Assembly: GCA_036172245.1 (NCBI GenBank)
Contig: JAYWIR010000027.1
Coordinates: forward strand, 1,612,001-1,676,000
Length of the DNA: 64,000 nucleotides
Reading direction: 5' to 3'
DNA from: Raillietiella orientalis
Taxonomy: Eukaryota
The position numbers were made by a program, and so were the translations under genes. Of the stretch, positions 11,200 to 22,899 are shown piece after piece (the first letter of the stretch is position 1; the number at the start of each line of letters is the position of its first letter). The notes under the pieces were generated by a model. The model saw nothing but the letters and a program-made list of their open reading frames with translations. It was not told where the DNA came from and made no database searches.

Positions 11200-13330
11200 C
11201 GACCGAAGACCTCCAGGACGGAAGCTCAGTCTCCACGGAAAGAAAATTCCACACGGCTCCATTGTTAGAGCTCTCTGCCTCTCATCAACCAGAAGAGCGA
11301 GCCGCGTCACATCCTTCGACTGGCACCTCAGGGGCGCCAAGGTGAGGGATAATGGATGGGAACCTTCTCTACCATATCCGCATCGTGGCCGTCCCCTTAC
11401 CTTCTCCACTCCCCCCTCCTCCCAATCTCGTCTTCCCCGGGCGGCGATCCAGACCGGTGCTCCCGGGAACGACGCGTTCACCGCTTCATTCCCGCTTCTC
11501 CCTGCCGTCGCCCGGCAACCTTCGGGTCCTTCGGCCGCTTCGCCCGTCGCTCGGAGCCGGCGACGGACGCTCGAACGGGCTTCCGCGGAGGCGCCGCGAA
11601 GAGCCAGCGCCCTCCTCTTTCGCCCTCCGCTCCAGGTCCCCCGAAGCAGCGGAAGACCGAACGGGTCTTCCTTCGTCCCGGGACTCCCTGCGCGACGTCC
11701 GGAGTAGTTCCCTCCCCTCCCCGGGAGTGGGACCGACTCGCTTCCAGGCAGCGCTCTCGGCGCGACTCGCCGGTTCGTCGTGCCCTTCGGTTCTCCTCCT
11801 TGAGCAGGCAGTGCCGTGCCCCTCCCGTCGGCGCGGCATTGCTGGTGGGAGGCGATGGCGCGCCTCGCGGGTCGATCCGCGAGGCAGGGAGAGGCGATTC
11901 AGCGCGCCGTCCTTGCGCCGCGGCCGCTCCGTTCCGGGACGAGATCCCGCCCTTCCCCAGGCTCCTCGGACGCACGGCTTGGGACGCGGAGGTCGAGACG
12001 AGCCGCATCGTTTTGAAGCGTCGCATCGTCCGCCTCTCGCGGGCATCGCCCTTGCTGAACGGTCGCCCGGAGTGGCGCCCTTCGCGCCGCCGTCCTCCCG
12101 GGGAAGAAGCGGCGTTTCTCTGAGACTCTTCGCGGCAAAACGCCAGGGGGGAGACACGGGCGCTGGTCTGGCGACTTTTGCGGGAACGAGGGGTTCGCGG
12201 AAGCGAGCCCTGGCGGTCACCATCGCACCCTGGTCCGACGCCGGCAGTGCCTTCGTCGGGAGCCATCTTGCAACCGTAGGCTACATTCAACGCTCTCCAG
12301 AAAAACGAAGATGCCTTGAGGCACTATGGTGTGCAGCACAGGATGCGGAAACGACCTTGGCTCGGTCCTCGCTCGCTTATGGCCAAGGAAAGCCACGCCT
12401 TGCGTTGGCTCGTGTAAAGGGTCGAGGTGGCCTTCTTCGCTCACCGTTGGAAGGGAGAACACACGAATCTGTCCAGGTGAGGTCACACCTGCCGAACTTC
12501 CCTTCGTTGGCTCCGGGCATGAATTCTCTCCCGGATCTTCATTCCCGTGTCGGCAACTCCTGTGGTCCACTTTCCCTTTCTTCGCATTTGATGAGGTCAA
12601 ATCTATGGGCGAGAGTGCGAGCGACGCCCGCTGACAGACCGACTCTCACTTTGGGTGAACACCCCCAACGAGCCGGCGGTAGACTTCGAAGGGGCGAGCC
12701 GCGTTCCGCCTATTTCGCTCCCAGACTCTCGCCAGCTCCCTCCAAATCGATCCTTTCGTCTCTTTTCTCCCCGGGCCAGAGTCTCGCAGACTACTTCGTG
12801 ACGTTAGCAGCGAGGATCTCCCATAGCTCCATGGTTTCCAGAAGCCGTCCGGCAGGAGGCTACGACGGGAGAGAAAGAGCCCGAGACTCAAGCTAGCAGC
12901 CCACTCCTACAGATGTGACAGAAACGCATGCGCGGCACCTATCCCAGGACACGCAGCACCGGAGGCCTTTGATCCCGGATTGTCGAGCCTCCCACTGGAA
13001 GTGAAGGAGCAGGAAGGACGCTGCAGTCGTAAAGGACCGACTCGAAACCGAGGGGGGCGGCGCCACTGCTGGGGTCAGGCTCAGGGAGGACGCGCGGAAC
13101 CCAGCACCGCTGGAAAACCTAACGAAGAGAGAAATCGGGAACGGCCACGGCGAACCCGACACCAGGGGCCCCCAGGGACCGGGTCGCGCAGCAGCGACCG
13201 GGGAGAACCAGCGGGTCTCGGGCGTTCCCGAGACTGCAAGCATGGTCCCGACAGGCCTACGGGTCTGCCACCCCGGGTCACGGTTTCTCGGTCAGGAGTG
13301 AGGGAGGTAGCGTGCGTCTCCCCGGGCTGA
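11200..13330 (+). mobile_element. Decayed R2/NeSL-like RLE element (RT, CCHC, restriction-like endonuclease), family C copy 1
   Basis: 'RRRREEPAPSSFAL' (RT4), 'SLSRQC' (RT6), 'RLLG' (RT7), 'RKDAAVVKDRL' (RHD.V), 'GEPD'. Homologues at 36.4-38.3 kb and 43.6-45.1 kb. Confidence 0.45.
11378..12270 (+). repeat. Near-identical inverted repeat, block 3 (partner 37342-38234)
   Basis: Reverse-complement match of 893 bp; about 3 substitutions seen. Confidence 0.97.
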
Positions 13331-14642
13331 CGTCCACCCTCATCACCCGCTCCGGAGGCAACCGTCGCGCGCGAGCAGCAGCGAATGGACGGAGGCTCCC
13401 CGCCGACCGGGCTTGCCACAGCTGGCAACGGACATCTCTTGAAACGGGCGCCGTGGGGCGGCGCCGGGGAGATGCCTCGCAGACGCGCGCATCCATCCGT
13501 CCCTGACGCAGCCTCCCGCACCGAAGGGTGCGTGCTGTGGCAGGGTTCCCACCCGCAGCGGCGGGTGCCATTCCTCCCCGCTGGAGCGCGAGGGAGGCGT
13601 TCTTCGTCCCGGGGGAGTAGCAGCCTAGCGCGCCGGCGAGATGGGAGCCTGCCGGCGGAGCAGCAGCGGAAGGCGGCGCCGACCGCCAAGGCCGGCATCC
13701 CGAAGGTTCCGCGGCGAGCGCCTAGTCGACGTCTCGCCGAGCCCGGAAAGGGGACGGCGGCAGCATCCCTGCACGCGAGGAAATCCAAGCGGCCTCGAGA
13801 CGCCCTTCCATCCCCCGCCCAGCCCCCGGAGAATCCCGCAGAGGACGCCTGCCCTCCTTGGCCACCCTCGATCCCCCACCCCGTCTGCAGGCGGCGGCGA
13901 CGTTTCCCCCGTTTCGACCGATGGGCGTCCGATGCGAACCCGCCAGCCCGATGGCGGTGGCGGCGGTGGCGGCGGCGGCGGCGGCGCGCCAGTGCTGGAG
14001 GGTGTGGGAGGGGAGAGGGCCGCGTCTCCACGTTCCCACGACTCCGAACGCCCCCCCCCCCTCCTCCTTCCCTCGCACGCTCGCTGGGCCGTCGGCATGC
14101 GGGTGCGGGGAACTGCGCACTCGGCAGCGGCACCCACGGTCGGGACCCACGGCCCTCCTAACCCTCGAGTGATCCGGGGAAAGTGGGGCCCCAGCTCGAA
14201 AGACCACGCCTGGCACCAGTGTGAAGGCGGTGGGTGGCGCACGCGCGGGTCGGCGTCGCGGGTGCTGGGCACGGTGCGAGGATGGTGGATCGATCCGCCC
14301 GGTTCCTGGTTGCCTGGGTGATGATGCCAATCTTTTCCCCCCTTCCTCTTCCTCATACTCCTCCTCTTCTTCGTCGTCGTTACCGTGGTTCTCTCGCGCG
14401 CCACCATCCTCGAGATCACCTCGGGATGGCGGGCGCTCTGCCTCTCCCGGCAGAGCTAACGGCGGGACATCTCCGCGTCCAAGTGACCTCGACCCGTTTT
14501 CGGAGTTCGGGCTGGCGGCCAAGCTGGGCATGGTGGTGGAGTGCGTTGACCGGCCTCGGGTTGCGGCTCCCTCCCTCCGGGCGGGGGATTCCATGTTCCG
14601 GGAGACTCCCGCCGCCCGGTGTCCCCTTCCGACCGGGAGGTG
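13010..14642 (+). repeat. Near-identical direct repeat, block 2 (partner 44745-46372)
   Basis: ~1.63-kb match; I saw two substitutions and one C-run length difference. Confidence 0.97.
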
Positions 14643-16050
14643 TCTGCTCGGCCCCATTGGGTAGCGATGCACGCGTCCGGGGTGCCCGTGATGTTCGCGC
14701 TCTAGCGTGGTCACGGGGTCCGGGGATGCTTCCCATGAGGAGCGGGGGAAGGGGAAGTTCCCGCAGAGGGGAATGGGTGAGGCTATCCAAATGGGATTCC
14801 TCGCTTGCATCTGTCGTGGGAGTAGGAGCTCGGGTTCTCAGACAAATGCTGGATAAAACGTGGGGAGCGCCCTTTCCTCGGTTCAAGCGTAGAGTTGTAG
14901 GGCGGCTTTTCCGAGGTTTGCCGCAACGTTCCGGTTGCCTGGGCGACGCCGACTTCCTCCTCTTCTCCTTCCTCATCGTCTCCTGGGTCCTTCCACGAGC
15001 CGACCGCCTCCCCGCCAGCTGCGGTTGCCTCCTCCAGCCTTCGCCCACTCAAATAGGGTGACCATGTCTGCGAAGGCTGCTGGCGTCTTCGTAGGCGATC
15101 TAGCTTTCTCGAATTTTTCCCGCCACCGGTAAGCCCGTGTGGTGCGCGGGATTTCCCGCGTGGGCGCTCCCGCCGGCCGGGAAGGGGAGCAGCGCCTCCT
15201 GAGACCTCAACAGGACAAACAGGATTGCGACTCTTTCGAGGAAAACGGGAGGATCGGCGCGGCAGCTGGGGCGCTTCGCGGGCGCACCGAGGGGCGCCTC
15301 TGGAACGACCTCGGTGGCGGCGGCGGGGTGCCGCTCCTCCGGAAGCGTGTCGACCGCTTCTCAGATATGGAGGGGGGGGGACGCCGCTGTAGCCACGGGT
15401 CTCCGGGCGGAGTTGGCATCTCCCTCTCCTTGTTTGTGTATTTGCGGCTGGCTACCCGCGCTCGGAGAAAGGCCAGGATGGGCAGATGTTCGATTGCGGA
15501 GGCGGTGGGAACGTAGGACCGATCCCCCGGGAACGTCCGCGCGCTCTCCGTCCTCGGGATTTTCCGGCAGCTCATCCATCGATCCCACGTGTTTGCGCGG
15601 CGCGCGGGGCTCGGCCCCAGCTTTGCGAGGACGTAGGAGAGGGCTGAAAGGATTCCTCGCCGTGCGCAGCCTCCCTTCCTCCTGGTTGCCCGTAAACAGG
15701 TCGATCGATTCGTCGCCGTCCTGGCGACGTGCCGCCTGCCACGAGTTAACGCCGCTCGGTCTCACGGGCCTCTGGTTCCCGTGGCAACTCCGCGCGCGCT
15801 CCCGCGGTGGCCTCGCAGTGACCCCGGCTGGCGCTCCTGTCTTTATGCTCCAGAGCTGGCTTACCCCTCCCTCTCCCCTTCCCCTCTTCCGTCTGCTCCA
15901 CCCTCGTTTACAATCCTTCCCTTCCTTTCCCGTCTCACAGGAAACAGCTCGCACATCTGCCCAAGAGCCACCTGTGGAGCCCCGACTCCGGTGCCAGAAA
16001 GAGGGACGGGACGTCCCCAGGTCCCCCTAGGCAGACGCGGGCGCATCGAG
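13400..16050 (-). mobile_element. Decayed CRE-like element(s): RT, thumb and RLE, apparently two tandem pieces
   Basis: 'ARNPFSPLLR' (NAFN..R), 'FPGDRS' (QGDP), 'PLGAP', 'LRSQEALL', 'RKGTPGGGSL' (GGLG), 'PPADGVGDRGW' (RPAD), 'ACRDAAAVPFPGSARRRLG'. Confidence 0.5.
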
Positions 16051-16483
16051 GAGCTGGAGGACCATCCCGGCCAACGCTAAGTGTGGAGCCCTGATGTCGC
16101 CGACCTGACTGCGTCCTGAGGGACTGCGACCCGGCATCCTCCCCTGCTCGACGCATGGTGTTCCTTCGAGAGTGCCGGAAGGGTTCCAGGAGGAGCGCGG
16201 AAGGAAAGGAAATGGGCATCAGGGTCGCGTCCTTCTACCCCCCTCCCTCTCCCTGGCTCTCAGGGACCCCAAGTGGGGCGTCCACGTCGGACCGTGGGGA
16301 TGCCAGATCCCAAAGAAGACGATGCTCCGCAAGAACTGGGGATTCTTCCAAAGGTGCAAGAGGTCAGCGTCTTTCCGTATCCAACGCACCAGCTAGGACA
16401 TCCTGCAAGCAGCAGGTGACTAGTCTACACATCCGAGTCACCACAAGGGAACCAACCTTGAGGCCTTTGAGGCGCCAAAATTA

Positions 16484-16700
16484 AGGCAGGCAGCCTCAGC
16501 GCAGTGCCATAAGGTCGCGGGTTCGAATCCCGACGGTGAACCGTGCCAATAAAAAGCTTCGCCTCAACAATGCTTCCAGGTTGGAGCGACGGCGAAACTC
16601 TGGCGAGCGGGCCTGACACAATGGCGAAAACCCCCCGGTACCGAGCGGAAGGCCGGCGGCGAACCCTCTCGTCAAAGTCGCTTTGGGCCTCTCTGCACTC
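16484..16700 (+). mobile_element. tRNA-derived (B-box) SINE-like head; not a complete tRNA
   Basis: AAGGTCGCGGGTTCGAATCCCG at 16511-16532 matches a tRNA variable loop plus T-arm and is followed by hairpins. No acceptor or anticodon stem found. Confidence 0.5.
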
Positions 16701-18000
16701 TTACAGAGTCCCCATCGCGGAAAGCGGAGAAGGGAATGGGTGTGGGGGCAGAAACGAGGAAGAATCAGCCTTGCATCCGTTTATTCAGTCTCCACATCCC
16801 TTTGGTCCTGTCCTCCCGTTTTGTACGGCCTCAAAGACCTCGAGAACTCGACGTGAACGACGTGAACTCCTCGCTCTTCCGTAGGGCGCAGGAAAGTGGG
16901 AAGACGGAAAATGGGAGAATCGCTCGCGGATGGGGGTGAGGTGCAAGCGAACGCATAGGGGGAGGTGGAATCGCTTGTGACCGCAAGCGCCGGATTCTGG
17001 TGCACGGCGGGCAGGTTAACTCTCGGTAGGAACGCGTGGCTTTGAAGGCCATTCCGATGTGCAGGCGGACTCCGTCTTCGCTATTTCTAGGCAAGGAGTC
17101 TCAAGAAAAAGGGAGCGGGAAGCAGGAGGATCTCGAGAAGGACGAAACACGAGAGGGCTGTCCTCGCGAGGTGCCGGTTTCCGAGATCGGTCGGGGGAAA
17201 AACCGGGAAAGACAGACGCCTCCCCGATCCCGGCCGGAAAGGGACGGACCTGAGGAAGACTCCCGGAATGACGAGAATTTCAGGAAAACCGGTGGAGAAT
17301 TTGCGTGCTTCCGGAGGCACCATTTCTCAAGAGAATACGAGACCGGTAGGGAACCTGCAGGACGTCGGAAGCAGCCTGAGGACATCGCCAGAGGCGACGC
17401 GAAGAGGAGGGCAGCACCCGTCATCGAAAAAAACGGGGCTTCGCTCTCGGGAGGAGGAACGGGAACGGTTGATGAGGTGGCGACGAAGAAGAGCCCTAAA
17501 AAAAGAAAGGAACACTCGAATCTGGAAATGAAAGGCGGGCACTTTGAGGCACTCTCGAACCAGAAAAAAAGAAGTGCTCGGAGAGGGTTGAGTGAAGAGA
17601 CCTTAGGAGTGGGAAGCAAAGGAAGCTTCTTCGCCTGTAGGACTAGGATCTTTGTGGAATGCGAGCCGATATCTTGGGAACCGTTTGGAACCGTCCGCAG
17701 CGAAGTGCATGGTGGTGGTGAGGCATTTCTTGTCACAGGTAAGTCAAGGCGATCTGCATTCTTGGTCGGAGACGAGAAGATTTATGGGAAAGCCACTCGA
17801 TAAATCTTGGACACCTCCGAAACCCGTGCTAACAGAGCGAAGAACAACAACTGCAAGAACGGGGCAAGGAGCCTCCTATCTGAAGAAGGCGCTTGGCTCT
17901 CGCGAGGCGTCTTTGCCCGATCCGCAGGTCTTCGGACGCTCCATCGGGAGATCCGTCTTGCTTCGACTCGGGTCAGCTCAGAGCCCGAGGGGCGCGCGCG
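16700..18000 (+). mobile_element. Decayed APE-RT LINE with internal deletions
   Basis: 'FSLHIP' and 'NDVNS' (APE), 'PERDG' (RT0), 'ENTRPVGNLQDVGSSL' (RT1), 'LEMKGGHFEAL' (RT3), 'LEPSAAKCMV' (RT6), 'RFMGKPLD' (RT7). Confidence 0.5.
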
Positions 18001-19599
18001 GCACCTCTGCGAGCAAAGCCGGGAAAGCCAGCAAGCGCAAGGGAATCGAGCGCCTCGAAGACCTCTTCGAACGGACGAGGTTTCCGCGAGCAGCAGCAGC
18101 AGCAGCAGTGGCAGCCTCGGCAACGGGCATCGAGGCTGCGCCCTCTAGTCCCCCTGGGATGCGATGAGCCGCCGTGCGATCTCGTTACGTCACCGCTACG
18201 GGGCGGCGATGCTGCCCTTATCTCTCGTAGATAGCAAATTATGCGAAGAGCTTTTATTGCCGGAGTGAAAGTCTCCTCCTCAGTCGGCGACGTGGACTTT
18301 TACCGGGTCTCATTACAAGGCAGGAATCCGACCACTCAATGTTCCCATGCGTGCGTTCCCGAAGAGGAGGAGGAGGTGGGGCGCGCGTGCGCGTTTCTGC
18401 TCAGCCTCGGCTTGGTTACGACTCGGGACGGCATTCGTTGCCTCATCTCATTAAAAAAAAAAAAATTCCTTCTTTCCTGTTCCTTCCTTTTCTGGCTCGC
18501 TGCAAGACTGCAAAAATATTCGGATGGTCTTCCGTGTCAAAGAGGAGGAGGCTTTTGCTCCCGTCAGGAGGGAATCTCACCGAGGGTCCTCCCTGCTGGC
18601 GTTTCCCCTCTCGTTATCGGCCCTCCGGGGGGACCCTTCGTACGAAAGAGGAACATGCGTAGGCGGAAACGGGCAAAAAGGGACGGGATGGGCGCGCGAA
18701 AGGAGCGGAGGAGGAAGGGAGGGTCCGTCGCCCACCTGTGGCCCTCCAGTGATCCCTGCGCGGGAAAGAGGGCGCCGCGCGCCTCCAAAGGCTCTCCAGG
18801 CGTCTCGTGCGCCGGCCGAAGGGAACCACCATCACCACCTCCGAGGTGCAGATCGGGAAGAGGGTGGGAAGCTTTCACTCCAGGAGACGAGACCGAAAGA
18901 ACCGGGGCGCATCGAATCGTGCATGTGTCGCGGCTGGAAGATCTCCTTTCTCTCTCTGCCCCCCACCCTTTGCAGCCTCTCATCTCCCATTGAGAGATGG
19001 AAAAAAAAGGCTGGATCACTCGCTCATTTGCACTCTCCTTCGATTACTCGTGAACTGAATTTTGATCTCTTGATAAAAGTCTCGTTCCCGGTCTAAAAAT
19101 AGACATTTCTTTCCATGCTCCCAGGCTATGAAGGTTTCGTTTCCTCGATTGTTTTTCCTTCCCTTCTTCCCCCTGCTCTTCTCTTCTCTCCTTCTTCCCT
19201 CCCCCCCCCCCCCTTCCCCATCTTCAGCAGCAACCCAACGGATACACAGCCACCTTTAGTCAGTTCGTAACCCGGTCCTGAAGCATCATGGAAACGTCAT
19301 GAAGTCAGGAGAGAGAGTGCGCTCCTGCCATCCGTCAGGTGCGGAGAGCACCAGCAGCTCCCTCCCGGGGTCGCGCGCGGAACCTTGCGAGGGTCTCTGC
19401 CGTACGACGACGGCGGCGGCGGCGTCACAAGCAGCAGTGCCTTCATTTGCATTAAATCAGGGGGATGCAGCGCGGTGCCCGTCTTGGGGAGGCTGCAATC
19501 TATTTCCGGAGCACTTTCGCGGAGCAGCAGAAGAGCCTCGTCGATCCATCTGGTCTCCGCCGAGACGGATAATCAAATGGGTGGAATTTTGTCACGCTG

Positions 19600-21950
19600 A
19601 AGAAAAGGAGGAACGGCGGGGGAGGTCCGGCAGATGGACCTGGGCCGTCGCCGAACGGAGTTTCTCCCTCGGCACCTCCGAGGTTCGGCTGTCTCCGGGA
19701 GCTGCCAGAGGACGGCCGCGGTCGGATGTCCCCCCCCCCGACGGGATGCGGGCGAGCCGCTCCCGCCAGTGCATGGGCGGCAAAAGACAGAGGCGGCGGG
19801 ATGGACGCCGGGACTTCCCGCCTCTCCGGGAATCCTCGAGACGCCCCGGAGACTCGGGTCGCCTCTTCCTCCGCCGCTGCGTCCTCCAACGCCTGCTCTC
19901 CCCCCCCCCCCCCTTCCCTCCACTGATGGTTCTTTCATATGGAAACGACGGAGCTCGGACGGAGCAGACGCTTCCGTCAGAGAGGGCTGCATTCCAGAGG
20001 GTCCCGTGGGTTGTTGCACGCAGCATCCGCGGCAGCTTCGGTTCCCTAGTCAGTCAAAAAGTTTCATTCGCTGTCAAGAAAGTCCGCCTCGCTGCTCCTC
20101 AGGAATTCCCGCGTTGCAGGCGGGAAGGGGGAATGGAGTCTGACGGACGCTCCTGCATGGAGCTCTCTGTCGAGGACAACGAAAGAGCAGCATAGAGCGA
20201 GCGCGGCGGTGAGCTGCGGATTCCACGTCCCGGTTCCCGGGAGCTCTCGCAGGCGAACCCGGAGCGGAGGGGAGCGCGTCGCGAGGGTCCGCGTAGCAGC
20301 TGGCACCCCGCCCTTTCCACCAAGGAGTGGATCTGGAAGGGTCGCGAGATACTTGGAAAGATTCAGAGGGGGGGACGGGGAGGCAACCTGGGGTAACTTT
20401 CAAGAGTCGAGACCTACGGATGGAGGCGGTTAGCAAGGAGGGGGAGGGGCGAGCCTCGCCCTGGAGACGTTGACCAGCCGCCCGTTTCCTCGGAGACGGC
20501 GTCTCGCAGTCCCGAAAGCTGTCTGCGGAGACGTGCTGCCTGGTCCCCTGAGACGAGCTGCGGAAAGCCGTCTGGTCGAACTCCCCCTCCCCTCTCTCCT
20601 TGCTCTCTCTCTCGAACCAGACCTGTTTCCGACCGGGAAGCGACCCTCCCTCAGTCCTGCTTCGGTCCACGATCCGGAAGGTTCGGGAAGGAGGGTCGAG
20701 GTGAGGAGGGGCGCAGCTCGTCGGCGAGCGTCCTCTTTGCCTGGGCTTTGGTCGTGCGGGAGCCGCCGTAGAGGAGCGGCGCGCGGTCTGGCGGGGAGAG
20801 CTGGGAGCCAACCGCGCCAGCTTTTCCGCTCCGCGTCTTTCAAGGTGCCTTTGTGAAAGAGGAACGGCGTGCAATTTCTCTTCTGAATGGGGAACGAGAC
20901 CGCACTTGAAGCTAAAAATAGCGCGGAATTAAAACGTGCGAACCCATTGTTGGATGTCGAAGCGTTCCGAGTCCTCCGCTCTTCCGCCGAGTGCGCGCCT
21001 CCCCGTCTCGTAGCAACGGAGAGAGTACCCCGTGCCTTTCGCGCCGGAGCTCTTTCGCGGCTGCTGTACCTACTCGGCGGGCTGGGAGCGCACTCGCCGG
21101 ATGCAGCGTCTCCAGGGGACGCTCCCCTCGCGTCCTGTACCGCTCTTCCCGAGGCAGGCGGGGGAAGAACATCTCCCTGCCCACCTCGGCGACGACGCTT
21201 CCAGGGTGCCATCGCCGGCAACGCCGGACGCCCCGCGAGGGAGGGCCTCAACCGCTCGGCAGCCCCCAAAGACGCCGGCGTCGCCGGCCGACAGGAGGTG
21301 AGGTGGGAGTTCGCACGCGGCCGCTCCCACGCCTCCCGATCCGGAATGGGCTCAGTAGGAAGAACGGGGACGAGGGATGGAGAGACCGATCCTTGTGGCG
21401 CACCGCCGGCGGAAAGGTCGCTTTCTGAAGGACGACGGGAAGGTCGTTCGGATCGGCCGCCCCCATGGGCGGCCCGAATGACGCGCGCATGGAGGGAGGG
21501 TGAAACGCGGATTCGCAGAGCTGAGCTCGTGGCGTCCCTCGACATCGACCGCGCGAGCTGCCCTCCCCCCCCCCCTCCCGCACGGCCCCAGCACCCAAAC
21601 GACAGGTACCCTGGAACACGCTCGCCTGGAAGACGCGCGCGCTCCTTCCCGGCTGCTCCCGAAGGGCTTCTTATCCGAAAGGTCTCCGAGTCCGTCCGCC
21701 GAAACCCACCCACATCCTTCTTCCTCTCCTTTCCTTCGGCCGCACAGCTTCCCGCACGCTTGATGCGTCCTCGTTCGAATGTACATCCCCGCAGGCGGGC
21801 TGAGGGGGACAAGAGCGCCGCCGTTTGGAAGGAGAGAGGCGGCGCCTGCCCGTGTGTCCCTTTCCCGCTGCCTCCGTCTCCATGGCACGTCCCGGGGATC
21901 GGGATCGTCCCGGAAAAGCAGCGCCGGAGGAGCCCCTCGTCGTCGCATCC
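19600..21950 (+). mobile_element. Decayed L1/Tx1-like ORF2
   Basis: Motifs in the expected order: 'SYGNDG' (RT0), 'RSCMELSVEDNERAA' (RT1), 'PLPSLLALSLEP' (RT4), 'ALSRLLYLL', 'APKDAGVAG' (PK..GGLG), 'CPC...SPWH'. Confidence 0.55.
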
Positions 21951-22899
21951 TCGGGAGGGAGGGGAGGGTGCACCTGGGACGGGAATGAGACCCCGGGCGA
22001 GGATGCCATGTTTTTATTTCAGCCCAGAGCGTCCGCGAGGGCTTCCGCGCCGTGGGCTCTAGCAGACGTGGGGCATTACGGCGACTGGAAACGTCATTAG
22101 CAGCGGGGGAGGAGGCCAGGCGTGCCGCTTGCGCAAAGCTCTTTGCAGATTAAAGCCTCTTTGTGTTTCGGCGAGACAATCGGAAGGAATGGAACTCCCG
22201 TGCCGCAAACTGCCCGCTGCGTCGTCATCATTAGCAACCGCCTTTCCCGCGAAAAATGGCAAAAAACAGGGGGAGCGGGAGGGGGAGGGGGAACGCGCGG
22301 GCGCGCTCGCAGCGACAACAATGGGAACCTGCTAAGGCGGACGGGGCTTGCGTCATGTTGCGTCATGGCTCGGCCGCGAAAGCTCGTGCGCGCGAACGGC
22401 GTGCGCACCAGGGCTGTTCGGACGGTGGCCACCGCGGGCGGACTCAGCAGCGTCAGGAGCAGAAGCTCCGCGTGCTGGCGGGAGGCAGGGAGGAGGAGGG
22501 GGGGGGGGGCGAGAGGTGACTCTGGCCTTGCGTCTCCTCACCCTCCCGCGTCGCGATCGTGCGTGCGTAATGGGCGCCAGGCAACGCGCACGCGCTCTCC
22601 GATCGAGACGCAAGAAACGCTCGGGCAGGGCGACCGCGCGCGCTCCACCTGCATCACCCGACCACGCACGCGCCGCGCTCCCGCCAGCTCCGAGGGCGGC
22701 TGTGGGGCGCATCGAGCGAGCCGCTGCTCTGGGGAGAAGGGGGAGGGGGGGGGCTCCGAGAACTGATGGACGACTCTTCACCTGTTTCCATGCGTCCGTC
22801 CGGCAGCGGCGCGTGCGTACCTGGAGCGGGAGAGGGTCTCCCGTCAAAATGCGGAGGATCGCCACCTCCCTGCCTCCTCTTAAGGGAAGATGTCACGTG

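Noticed and set aside
11352..12896. Long ORFs (514 aa here; also 20430..21812, 28790..29974, 36986..38284, 44816..46324) as real genes
   Set aside because: Arg/Pro/Gly/Ala/Ser-rich text open in several overlapping frames, as expected at ~70% GC. Recognisable motifs hop between frames.
13400..16050. Dualen-type element (APE plus RLE)
   Set aside because: The segment first read as APE (15.4-16.0 kb) fits CRE-like RT domains 1-4 better.
16484..16545. Functional tRNA gene (also 1075-1125)
   Set aside because: Only a T-arm/B-box is present; no cloverleaf, anticodon arm or T-run terminator.
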